In this document: in pieces, positions 1 to 8,516 of the stretch
How positions within the stretch are numbered: position 1 is the stretch's first letter
Layout: each line of letters begins with the position of its first letter
NCBI GenBank assembly: GCA_001563335.1
Contig: LRSL01000100.1
Location: forward strand, 1-11,893
Source: Candidatus Thorarchaeota archaeon SMTZ1-45
Lineage (GTDB): Archaea; Asgardarchaeota; Thorarchaeia; Thorarchaeales; Thorarchaeaceae
Direction of reading: 5' to 3'
DNA: 11,893 bases
Made by a program: the position numbers and the translations under genes
Notes under the pieces: model-generated
What the model was told of the DNA's origin: nothing
The model's input: only the letters and a program-made list of their open reading frames with translations
Database searches by the model: none

Positions 1-326
1 ATACCCACCATATTCATGTCATCACAGATCGAGAACTTCTCAGCTTTGCAGAATGAACACTTTCGGCAGGGTAGGAGCGAGTTAGGTACAATCCTATCAC
101 CTATCTCCCAAGATGTGACATCATTGCCGACCTCTACTATCTCCCCAGAGAATTCATGTCCCATTATTAGACCTGACTCGTACATGCCATACTCCCAAGC
201 ACTGAGATCAGTTCCACAGATACCCACAAACTTCGGTCTTACTAGAACTTCAGTTGGTCCGATGATAGGTTCTGGTACATCTTTCACCTGTATCTCAAGA
301 CTGCCCTCATAAACTGCAGCCTTCAT
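1..326 (-). CDS. Zn-dependent alcohol/polyol dehydrogenase (MDR family, threonine/sorbitol/butanediol dehydrogenase-like), 5' part, truncated by window edge
   Basis: Not in the ORF track. Hand translation from ATG at 326: MKAAVYEGSLEIQVKDVPEPIIGPTEVLVRPKFVGICGTDLSAWEYGMYESGLIMGHEFSGEIVEVG...GDRIV...PCRKCSFCKAEKFSICDDM. It has the catalytic-Zn motifs GICGTD and GHE and the structural-Zn CxxCxxCx7C. The ATG directly follows the upstream gene's TAA. Confidence 0.93.
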   Translation of the reverse strand, partial: MKAAVYEGSLEIQVKDVPEPIIGPTEVLVRPKFVGICGTDLSAWEYGMYESGLIMGHEFSGEIVEVGNDVTSWEIGDRIVPNSLLPCRKCSFCKAEKFSICDDMNMVG

Positions 327-2051
327 TTATTCCTCACCCGGAAGCTGGCAACCCTCAAGCCATACTGAAGCTACTGACTCAAAGTCTGGTGGGACTAAGT
401 TGATGTTGGGATCAATAACTATGTCAAGTACAGCAGGAAGCCCTGAGTCTTTTGCTTTTTGAAGCGCTGGAGCAATGTCTTCGGGCTTCTTAACTCTAAT
501 ACCGAAACAACCCATTGCTTCTGCTATTTTGTCATACCGGACATCAACGAAGTCTACTCCGACATACCTCCCATCATAGAGACCTTTCTGTCCAGCTTTA
601 ATCATACCATATGCTCTATCGTTTGCAATTGCAATTGTGAATGCAGTGCCCATTCGTTTAGCGGTTTCAAGCTCTTGAACATTGAACATAAAGGCTCCAT
701 CACCAGAAATCACATAGACTTCTTTGTTAGGATGGGCAAGTTTTGAACCAATTGCATATCCTGTACCAACTCCAAGATGTCCCGAATCACAAGGCCAGAG
801 GAAAGTTCTTGGTTCGTATATTTTGTTCAGGTATATCGCCCAGACTACTATGTTCCCGCCGTCCAGAATAGAAATTGCATCTCTAGGGAAGAAGTTACGG
901 ATCTCCTGAATCATTCTGAGGGGATGGATTGGAACTTTGGTTGACTTGCCTTGCTCGATGAAATCTACAAGCCAATTCTCCTGAGCCTTTCGACAGTCTG
1001 TCATCGCGGGTCGGGGTTTTGCCTTTGGTTTGCTCTTGATTTGTTTCAGAAGCTCAGTTAGAGTGCTTTTTGCATCTCCAACAATTGCTAAGTCAACGAC
1101 ACGATTATGCGCTATCATCTCTGGTGCAATATCAATCTGAATTAGCCGCTGGTCAGCACAGTCACCCCAACCAGGTGCTCTTCCCCAAAAATCATAATCT
1201 CCAAGGCGCCCGCCCACTAGCAAGACCAAGTCAGATTCACACTGAGCTCCTATAGCTCCAAAGCTACCAGGCGTAAGTGTGAGCGGGTGGTCTTCTGGTA
1301 TTGATCCCCTTGCCGCAACAGATGTTGTTACTGGCGCTTGAAGATGTTCTGCTATAGCAATGAGTTCCCTTGATGCGTTAGACATGAGAACTCCATTTCC
1401 TGCATGTATGAGTGGGAACTTAGCTTTCGACAACATCTCAGCAGCTTTTGCAATCAAATCAGGATTTCCGACAGGTGGTTTAGTCATCCGATACCTATCA
1501 GAAGCAACAATTCCATCTTCCAATGTTTCCTCTTCACATCTCAAGTAAAGGACATCTGCAGGGATGTCCAAAAAGACTGGTCCAGGTCTACCTGAAAGAG
1601 CCTCTCTAAAAGCCCAGTGAACAAGATGAGGAATTCGCTGCCAATGCGTGACTGTGGCTCCCCATTTAGTGATAGGCTTGAATAAATTTAGTTGATCAAG
1701 TCCTTGAGTGCTTCCATGGTCTGGATTAATCCGCCATGATTGATTTTGAGCACAGAGTACTATCATTGGTATGCTGTCAGCAAATGCTGCATAGACGCCT
1801 GGAACCAAATCAGCTGCTCCAGGACCTACAGTACCCAGGCATACCCCCGGGTTACCGGTTGTCCGTGCCCATGCATCCGCAGCGTGTGCAGCAGCTTGCT
1901 CATGTCGGAAAGTTACAAAGTCGATCCCATCAGTGGAATTAATTGAGTCAAGAAAAGGGTAGAGTTGGTCGCCTGGTATTCCAAAAACATATCTAACATT
2001 TTCTTGCCTTAGGCACTTTGTAAGAACTTCGCCGCCTGTCATCTTTGTCAA
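327..2051 (-). CDS. Thiamine diphosphate-dependent enzyme, acetolactate synthase-like/POX superfamily (substrate uncertain)
   Basis: 574 aa with VFGIPG, RHEQAAAHAADAWAR (catalytic Glu), TVGPG, GRPGPVFLDIP and the ThDP/Mg motif GDGAFMF...ND. TTG start is supported by GGTGA at 2063-2059, 7 nt upstream. Confidence 0.92.
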   Translation of the reverse strand: MTKMTGGEVLTKCLRQENVRYVFGIPGDQLYPFLDSINSTDGIDFVTFRHEQAAAHAADAWARTTGNPGVCLGTVGPGAADLVPGVYAAFADSIPMIVLCAQNQSWRINPDHGSTQGLDQLNLFKPITKWGATVTHWQRIPHLVHWAFREALSGRPGPVFLDIPADVLYLRCEEETLEDGIVASDRYRMTKPPVGNPDLIAKAAEMLSKAKFPLIHAGNGVLMSNASRELIAIAEHLQAPVTTSVAARGSIPEDHPLTLTPGSFGAIGAQCESDLVLLVGGRLGDYDFWGRAPGWGDCADQRLIQIDIAPEMIAHNRVVDLAIVGDAKSTLTELLKQIKSKPKAKPRPAMTDCRKAQENWLVDFIEQGKSTKVPIHPLRMIQEIRNFFPRDAISILDGGNIVVWAIYLNKIYEPRTFLWPCDSGHLGVGTGYAIGSKLAHPNKEVYVISGDGAFMFNVQELETAKRMGTAFTIAIANDRAYGMIKAGQKGLYDGRYVGVDFVDVRYDKIAEAMGCFGIRVKKPEDIAPALQKAKDSGLPAVLDIVIDPNINLVPPDFESVASVWLEGCQLPGEE

Positions 2052-2234
2052 TCTTCAATCACCCACATCTTAATTGAACTGCATCACATTCTGTAGTGCG
2101 GCGTGATTTATCAGTTATGACCATAGGACAATCACTACATCAAGTATGATCACCTGATGGTTGTCAATTAGAATCATATCGATTTTTGAGGTTACCTTCA
2201 ATAGTGTTAAAAAAATCCAATAGATATGGTCTTT

Positions 2235-2633
2235 TCAGGAAAATAATGCAACTATCAGAATGCCTAGAAGAACTAGAGAAAGAGGCATCAATATACACTG
2301 CAAGCAACTCTTGTCATTTCCCTCGCCCCATAACTTTCCTGCATATAGTCCTAGGAAACCTCCGAGCCAAGATGCCATAAAAATAGCTATAGGGGGTGAA
2401 ATTGCAATGTATCTCCCTCCTCCAGTTGGCCAGTCCAAGACTGTCACATACTGCATAAGCTGTATGAAGAGGAACGATAAGACGACAGGAAGAACTACCC
2501 CAAACATCAAAATCGAGAGGAGTGTTATTTTCCCAGGACTTCTATTCCCTAACGAACCTACTAAGACTGCAAACAGCATCCCTAAAAATGATATTAGCAA
2601 TGCAAGTACAACCTCGGTAAAGACCAACTCCAA
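2235..2633 (-). CDS. Hypothetical integral membrane protein (about 4 TM helices)
   Basis: 132 aa with four hydrophobic stretches. GGAGG at 2640-2636; the start may be TTG 2633 or the in-frame TTG at 2627. Confidence 0.75.
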   Translation of the reverse strand: MELVFTEVVLALLISFLGMLFAVLVGSLGNRSPGKITLLSILMFGVVLPVVLSFLFIQLMQYVTVLDWPTGGGRYIAISPPIAIFMASWLGGFLGLYAGKLWGEGNDKSCLQCILMPLSLVLLGILIVALFS

Positions 2634-2894
2634 ATCCTCCGCTTGATACTATTCTTCCGAATGATGATTATTTGAAATCGTTGTTTGCAGCATATCGATT
2701 TCAGTTTTTAGAATCATGAATATGGAGAATGCATTTTACTAGTGATTTGAATCACCCACAACTTGTACAAAGCAATTCATACTTTATGATGAGGTTTCAT
2801 TTATCAGTAATATTCACGATGAGGGCTATCACCTCATTTAGTTCTATATGTAAAGACTCTTGATCTTGGAATCAAAATTGACAATGAACGAGCC

Positions 2895-3182
2895 TTACTC
2901 ACTCTTTTTGAAAAACACATATACTGATTGGTCGTTGTCGTCAATGATTACGCTGTATTCAACGTTCTCCATCAGATCTACCAACAGTTTGAGTTCTTGG
3001 ATTGCATCATCATTATCCCTATGAAGATGGAGGTGGTCCTTGAGGAACTCAAGGCTTACTGCAATGTCCTTATCTACCATCTTTTGAGTCATCTCTTCAA
3101 GCCGTTCTCTGACAGTCATGTCAATTTTAGTGTTCGATTCCTGGAGTTTAGAAATCTTCTTTGTATGATCCTTCCATGTCAT
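2895..3182 (-). CDS. Small soluble hypothetical protein (about 95 aa)
   Basis: Within ORF 2895-3236; the likely start is ATG 3182 (MTWKDHTKK...) after a purine-rich GGAGAGAAGTGAG. Natural charged composition, no motif recognised. Confidence 0.7.
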   Translation of the reverse strand: MTWKDHTKKISKLQESNTKIDMTVRERLEEMTQKMVDKDIAVSLEFLKDHLHLHRDNDDAIQELKLLVDLMENVEYSVIIDDNDQSVYVFFKKSE

Positions 3183-3360
3183 CTTGTTCTCACTTCTCTC
3201 CATACGATTGTATTTGTTGTTATTCAATTTTTGCACTTGTCAGGAATTTGGTGTGTGTCTGATCCGCTCTATCCACTCTAATTATTATAAAATGACAAAT
3301 AAAATTCGAATCAGAAGATTGAAAAAACAGTCACACACCTCTCAGTAAGACCAATCGATA

Positions 3361-3366
3361 AGGTGA
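3361..3366 (+). promoter_or_regulatory. Archaeal-type ribosome-binding site AGGTGA for the carboxyltransferase gene
   Basis: AGGTGA lies 7 nt upstream of ATG 3374. Confidence 0.7.
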
Positions 3367-3373
3367 ACACAAT

Positions 3374-4921
3374 ATGACAAAGGACAAGTTTGATGAACTT
3401 ACAAAGCTCAGAGCAGAAGCAAAACTGGGTGGTGGCGAGGAACGTATCAAAATCGAACATGAGAAAGGTCGCTTGACTGCTCGAGAACGACTCGATAAGC
3501 TTCTTGATTTAGGATCTTTTGTTGAGATAGATGAGTTCGTTGTCCATCGGGAAACAAGCTTTGGAATGGATGAGAAGAAGATACTTGGTGATGGCGTTGT
3601 AACTGGTTTTGGAACCATCAATGGTCGGAAGGTGTTCATATTCAGTCAAGACTTCACTGTTTGGGGTGGTTCTCTCGCTGAAATGTATGGCGAGAAAATC
3701 GTAAAGATAATGGAGTTAGCAATGGAAGCTGGAGCTCCTTTGATTGGTCTGAATGCAGGTGCTGGAGCTCGAGTACAGGAGGGTATAAAATCACTCGTCA
3801 GTTATTGCAAGATTTTTAGACTGAACACACTTGCAAGTGGAGTCATACCTCAGATCTCGGCCATCATGGGTCCTTGTGCTGGGGGCGCAGTCTACAGTCC
3901 TGCAGTCACTGACTTCACTCTGATGGTCAAAGACATTGCACACATGTTCATCACAGGACCTGATGTTATCAAGACCGTGACAGGTGAGGAGGTTACTTTC
4001 GAAGAATTGGGAGGAGCAATGACCCACTCATCAATAAGTGGTGTTTCACATTTCGCAAGTGAGGATGAGAATGAATGCTTTGATCAAATAAAGACACTTC
4101 TCAGTTACATCCCACAGAACAACCTTGAAGACCCTCCTCGCGTAGAAACAGGTCATAGTCCCGATGATGTGGACGAGTCAATTGATGAACTAGTCCCTAA
4201 TGATCCAAACAAGCCATATGATATGCGTGAAGTTGTTCGCAAATTAGCTGACAATGGGGAGTTCTTTGAGGTCCATGGACTCTGGGCACAGAACATGATA
4301 GTTGGGTTCGCACGATTTGATGGCAGGTCAGTTGGAATTGTAGGTAACAATCCTGCCCATCTCGCAGGTACAATCGATATCAACGCATCCGATAAGTGCG
4401 CCAGATTTGTCCGATTCTGTGATGCCTTTAACATTCCAATCATCACATTCATGGATGTCCCTGGGTACCTTCCAGGTACTGCCCAGGAATATGGGGGCAT
4501 CATCCGTCATGGAGCAAAAATTCTCTATGCCTTTGCTGAAGCTACAGTGCCCATGATAACTATCATCACGAGGAAAGGATATGGCGGTGCTTTCGATGTT
4601 ATGGCTTCACGTCACATCGGTGCTGACCTCGTATATGCTTGGCCTACCGCTGAGATTGCTGTGATGGGGCCAGATGGCGCAATCAACATCATCTTCCGTA
4701 AGGAGATTGCGAGAGCAAAGGACAAGGAGAAGAAACGTGCTCAACTTGTGAAAGAGTATCGTGACAAGTTCGCCAATCCCTATGTGGCGGCTGGTCATGG
4801 GTATGTCGATAAGGTGATATTCCCGAGGGAAACAAGGTCATTGATATGCAAGGGCCTTGATATGCTGGAGAGTAAGCGCCAGAACAGGCCTCCGAAGAAG
4901 CATGGGAACATTCCTTTGTGA
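3374..4921 (+). CDS. pccB: Acyl-CoA carboxylase carboxyltransferase subunit (propionyl-CoA carboxylase beta / methylmalonyl-CoA decarboxylase alpha family)
   Basis: 515 aa with [78 protein letters not shown] and the terminal KKHGNIPL. Confidence 0.96.
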   Translation: MTKDKFDELTKLRAEAKLGGGEERIKIEHEKGRLTARERLDKLLDLGSFVEIDEFVVHRETSFGMDEKKILGDGVVTGFGTINGRKVFIFSQDFTVWGGSLAEMYGEKIVKIMELAMEAGAPLIGLNAGAGARVQEGIKSLVSYCKIFRLNTLASGVIPQISAIMGPCAGGAVYSPAVTDFTLMVKDIAHMFITGPDVIKTVTGEEVTFEELGGAMTHSSISGVSHFASEDENECFDQIKTLLSYIPQNNLEDPPRVETGHSPDDVDESIDELVPNDPNKPYDMREVVRKLADNGEFFEVHGLWAQNMIVGFARFDGRSVGIVGNNPAHLAGTIDINASDKCARFVRFCDAFNIPIITFMDVPGYLPGTAQEYGGIIRHGAKILYAFAEATVPMITIITRKGYGGAFDVMASRHIGADLVYAWPTAEIAVMGPDGAINIIFRKEIARAKDKEKKRAQLVKEYRDKFANPYVAAGHGYVDKVIFPRETRSLICKGLDMLESKRQNRPPKKHGNIPL

Positions 4922-5086
4922 TTCAAATCAGCAAAAAACACACCGAGTCCTGATAACAGAGGCAAGCTATTCGTTCGTGCTTTCAGCACCTTTGAGCTTT
5001 TCCATTGTATCATCTACGAAGCACTTGGGCTTTCCCCAGTCTAATTTGGCGTAGGTAGGGGATACACTAGTTCTATAGCGAACGTT

Positions 5087-5125
5087 ATTGAAGATTGTTT
5101 TCTTTCACCGAAACCAATCTACAAT
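5087..5125. terminator. Imperfect inverted repeat between convergent pccB and catalase genes (possible terminator)
   Basis: ATTGAAGATTGTTTTC (5087-5102), 7-nt loop, GAAACCAATCTACAAT (5110-5125); 14 of 16 positions complementary. Function is inferred only. Confidence 0.4.
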
Positions 5126-5205
5126 TATTCTACGATTAAGGTCAGTGTCGAACACCGCACTCTATAATTCAATCATTGAAGCATCGCGTACTGTGCGCTC
5201 TGAGA

Positions 5206-6660
5206 TTAGCCGCTGGTCATGCCTTTGGCTATGCGATTGCCGATCTCTTTGTCTATGTTGCGCCAATACTCGAGCACGCGCTGCAGTACGGGCTTCGACA
5301 CACCATTCTTAAGATGTCCGATGACGTTGGATACCAGATGGCTACGCTGTTCATCGTTCATGACCTTGCGTACCAATGTACCAGCTTGTCCCCAGTCGTC
5401 ATCATCTTTTCGCAGAGTGTAAGCAGCACGGACAAACTCTCCACTAGCTTTCCATATCTCGACCTCGGGATAGCGCTTGCCATCAGCCTTTGGGCCTCCC
5501 TTTGAGTTTGGTGTATACACGGGATCGGACACATTGTCGATCCGCATTGCTCCATCCTTGCTGTAGCTATACACGGGGGACTTCGGTCGGTTCACTGGAA
5601 TCTGCTTGTAGTTGACACCCAAGCGGGCGCGATGAGCGTCAGCGTATGAGAAGAGGCGAGCGAGCAGCATCTTGTCTGGGCTGGGACCGATACCTGGTAC
5701 GAGGTTGTTCGGTTCGAACGCCGCTTGCTCAATTTCAGTATGGAAATCGGTGGGGTTACGATTGAGTGTTAGCCGGCCGACCTCATGAAGTGGGTAGTCG
5801 CTGTGAGGCCATACCTTGGTCAGGTCGAAGGGGTTGAACCGATAAGTTTCGGCTTCTTTAAATGGCATAATCTGCACCTTCAGCGTCCAGCTGGGATAAT
5901 CACCCCGTTTGATTGCCTCGAACAAGTCACGTCGATGGTAGTCAGAATCTTTGCCAGCTATCTGGTCAGCCTCCTCTTGAGTGAGGACGTCAATGCCCTG
6001 GTCTGTCTTGAAATGATATTTCACCCAGAAGCGCTCGCCTTTTGCATTGACCCACATGTAGGTGTGGCTCGAATAACCGTTCATGTTCCGCCACGTCTTG
6101 GGAATGCCGCGGTCACTAAACAATATCGTGACTTGGTGTGCTGACTCGGGTGATAGGGTCCAGAAGTCCCATTGCATATCATTGTCACGCAGCCCACTAT
6201 CCGCTCGGCGCTTTTGGGAACGGATGAAGTGCTGGAATTTCATAGGATCGCGGAGGAAAAACACAGGAGTATTGTTACCTACCATATCGTAATTACCTTC
6301 ACTGGTGTAGAACCTCAAGGCAAAACCACGCACGTCTCTCCAAGTATCAGGGCTGCCACGCTCGCCCGCAACAGTAGAGAACCGGACTAACGTATCAGTT
6401 TTTGTGCCCGGCTGAAACACTGCTGCCTTAGTGTAGGCACTAACATCTTTGGTCACTTCGAAGTAACCAAAAGCTCCTGAACCCTTTGCGTGGGGCTGCC
6501 GTTCTGCAATTCGCTCCCGATTGAAATTTGCCATCTGTTCAATGAGGTATGAGTCCTGCAGCAGGATTGGGCCATCAGGCCCCACGGTGAGCGAAAACTC
6601 ATCGCTGGATACAGGGATTCCAGCATCAGTCGTTGTGTGTTTACGATTATCTTTTTTCAT
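5206..6660 (-). CDS. katA: Monofunctional heme catalase, small-subunit (clade 3-like)
   Basis: [15 protein letters not shown] (distal His), [15 protein letters not shown] (catalytic Asn), [10 protein letters not shown] (proximal Tyr). ATG 6660 is preferred over TTG 6663 because AAGGAG (6674-6669) is 8 nt upstream. Confidence 0.97.
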   Translation of the reverse strand: MKKDNRKHTTTDAGIPVSSDEFSLTVGPDGPILLQDSYLIEQMANFNRERIAERQPHAKGSGAFGYFEVTKDVSAYTKAAVFQPGTKTDTLVRFSTVAGERGSPDTWRDVRGFALRFYTSEGNYDMVGNNTPVFFLRDPMKFQHFIRSQKRRADSGLRDNDMQWDFWTLSPESAHQVTILFSDRGIPKTWRNMNGYSSHTYMWVNAKGERFWVKYHFKTDQGIDVLTQEEADQIAGKDSDYHRRDLFEAIKRGDYPSWTLKVQIMPFKEAETYRFNPFDLTKVWPHSDYPLHEVGRLTLNRNPTDFHTEIEQAAFEPNNLVPGIGPSPDKMLLARLFSYADAHRARLGVNYKQIPVNRPKSPVYSYSKDGAMRIDNVSDPVYTPNSKGGPKADGKRYPEVEIWKASGEFVRAAYTLRKDDDDWGQAGTLVRKVMNDEQRSHLVSNVIGHLKNGVSKPVLQRVLEYWRNIDKEIGNRIAKGMTSG

Positions 6661-6784
6661 CAAAATTTCTCCTTCAGATTCTAATTAGTGTGTTAGTCCA
6701 TTTTTCGATATGCTTGATAAGCCTAACACAAGAGTCAACCATAAAGATGATGTGTTTTAAATTAAAAAACTTAGTCATTTTTAT

Positions 6785-7306
6785 GCTCGTTTCGTGCACT
6801 TCTGTGAAGTCTTCAATGTCCCCATCATCACCTTCATGGATGTGCCAGGGTATCTCCCTAGAACAGCTCAAGAGTACGGTGGAATCATCCGCCATGGAGC
6901 AAAAATCCTCCATGTCTTTGCTGAAGCCACAGTCCCCATGATCACAATCATCACCCGCAAGGGATACAGAGGCGCATTCGATGTTATGACCTCACGTCAT
7001 ATCGGTGCTGACTTGGTCTATGCATGGCTTACAGCTGAGATTGCGGTGATGGGACCTGATGGTGTCGTTAATATAATATTCCGTCGCGAGATTGAACGCC
7101 CAAAGGAGAAGGAGAAAAAGAGAGGACAACTAGTGAAAGAACATCATAACAAGTTTGCAAATCCCTACGTCGCAGCTGGATTAGGATATGTGGACAAGGT
7201 CATATGTCCGAGAGAAACCCGACCATTAATCTGCAAGGGCTTGGATATGCTGGAGAATACGCGACAGAGAAGACCTCTAAAGAAACATGGAAATATCCCT
7301 CTGTGA
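6785..7306 (+). pseudogene. pccB: Orphan 3' fragment of pccB (residues 343-515), copy 2
   Basis: 522 nt colinear without indels with 4400-4921; 27 amino-acid differences in 173 by hand alignment. In-frame TAA at 6758-6760, no evident RBS, and conserved residues altered (GYGGA>GYRGA, LPG>LPR, WPT>WLT). Confidence 0.9.
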
Positions 7307-7337
7307 AGTGTACCTTTCAATTGAATCCGATAGTCAT

Positions 7338-8435
7338 CTAATATCGCATTTGTCTACGGAGAATCTTTCGTGTACCAAGGTACAGCAGTGTTGCAGGAAT
7401 GGCAGAGATAAGAAGAGGTGCAAGGAAAATCGCTCTTACTTCATCCTGGGAATGAAAAGCACCAAAGGTATCCATCACATACAGGACTTCCCCAGTGAAT
7501 GCATCGAATACTGTCATCCCAGACCTTGGATCATCCCTTACCCAGCACAGACGGAAATCCTGGGGTCTGATTTCATTGTAGTCGCCTTCAGGCACTCTAT
7601 AGAGAGTGAGAACTGCGCCATACCCAATTGCGATCATGGAAACGATGCCATTTGTTGGTATCTCATCAACTTCAATCCATTGGCATAATAAACGCTCGAT
7701 ACCACCAGATCTCCCATCCAATTCCACTCTTATAGTCCCAATCTCACCGTCAATCATAGTATTATTGACAACCTCCTGAAATCGGAAGTAGTATGTGGAA
7801 AAGTTATCGTTGAAATGGTCCATCTTATCTATGTAGACTATACGTGAATTATCAGGTATGTAATAACCTAACTCCTTCAATGCAGTTGTCGCATACATTT
7901 CAGCAGTTGATTGATTGGCTACTTCTCCTTGACACATTATGGGATTGCCAGAATATCCAATGATTCCTCCAGTAATAGCATTCACTATGACCCTTGCCTC
8001 TATGTGAATCCCATCTGAGATTGTATTGTTTCTAAAGCAGATTCTCCATCTAGGAAGAACTCTCCACAGATCAGTTAATGTTCTATCTATTTCGAGTTGT
8101 TGAACAGATAGATTCGAAAAAACCTTGTTTATGAATTGTGTAGCTGCTTGTTCAGCGTCATATTCTGTTATGAAATGAGCTCTTTGATAATCCACTCTTA
8201 TGATATACGGCCTTTCGCTTACCACTTCATAATTGGAAGGATATAGTATCGACTCCATCGATGTGAGGTTGTCAGTACTTATATCTACGAAAGGCGAATC
8301 ATTTAGAGCTATTCCTGGCAGGACCAAGGTAGATGAATCAGTTGTTCCAATCCCAAGGCTGGAAACAAGTAGAATTGCTGCGACCACCACTGAGACCAAT
8401 GAATACCTAGCTGGTTTTTTTTTCATTCTGAGCAT
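7338..8435 (-). CDS. Secreted, C-terminally membrane-anchored protein with PepSY/YcdB-like repeats
   Basis: N-terminal KKK plus hydrophobic signal peptide; C-terminal TM followed by a basic tail (RKILRR). Three PepSY-like hairpin signatures: VIVNAITGGII, VELDGRSGGI, VFDAFTGEVL. AGGAGG at 8449-8444; start is ATG 8435 or TTG 8438. Domain assignment is by eye. Confidence 0.75.
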   Translation of the reverse strand: MLRMKKKPARYSLVSVVVAAILLVSSLGIGTTDSSTLVLPGIALNDSPFVDISTDNLTSMESILYPSNYEVVSERPYIIRVDYQRAHFITEYDAEQAATQFINKVFSNLSVQQLEIDRTLTDLWRVLPRWRICFRNNTISDGIHIEARVIVNAITGGIIGYSGNPIMCQGEVANQSTAEMYATTALKELGYYIPDNSRIVYIDKMDHFNDNFSTYYFRFQEVVNNTMIDGEIGTIRVELDGRSGGIERLLCQWIEVDEIPTNGIVSMIAIGYGAVLTLYRVPEGDYNEIRPQDFRLCWVRDDPRSGMTVFDAFTGEVLYVMDTFGAFHSQDEVRAIFLAPLLISAIPATLLYLGTRKILRRQMRY

Positions 8436-8516
8436 CAATGAAACCTCCTGAAATAGATTGAATCATTTTTTATTAGGTCTAATTTTTTGTAGCGCTGTTC
8501 TAACTTATTCAACTGT

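Noticed and set aside
16-312. Plus-strand 98-aa ORF and the other short ORFs antisense to or nested in the main genes (e.g. 459-1946, 2260-2646, 2928-3281, 3331-4798, 5176-6390, 7287-7688, 10344-10760)
   Set aside because: They are shadow frames of well-supported genes on the other strand or frame and show no motifs; 16-312 is antisense to the dehydrogenase.
6633-6941. ORFs 6633-6941 (+) and 6674-6913 (-)
   Set aside because: They straddle the AT-rich catalase upstream region and the pccB fragment in other frames, with no recognisable product.
6794-7306. Copy 2 as a functional stand-alone 170-aa protein from GTG 6794
   Set aside because: The GTG is an internal Val codon in mid-domain, there is no evident RBS, and conserved Gly/Pro residues are substituted.
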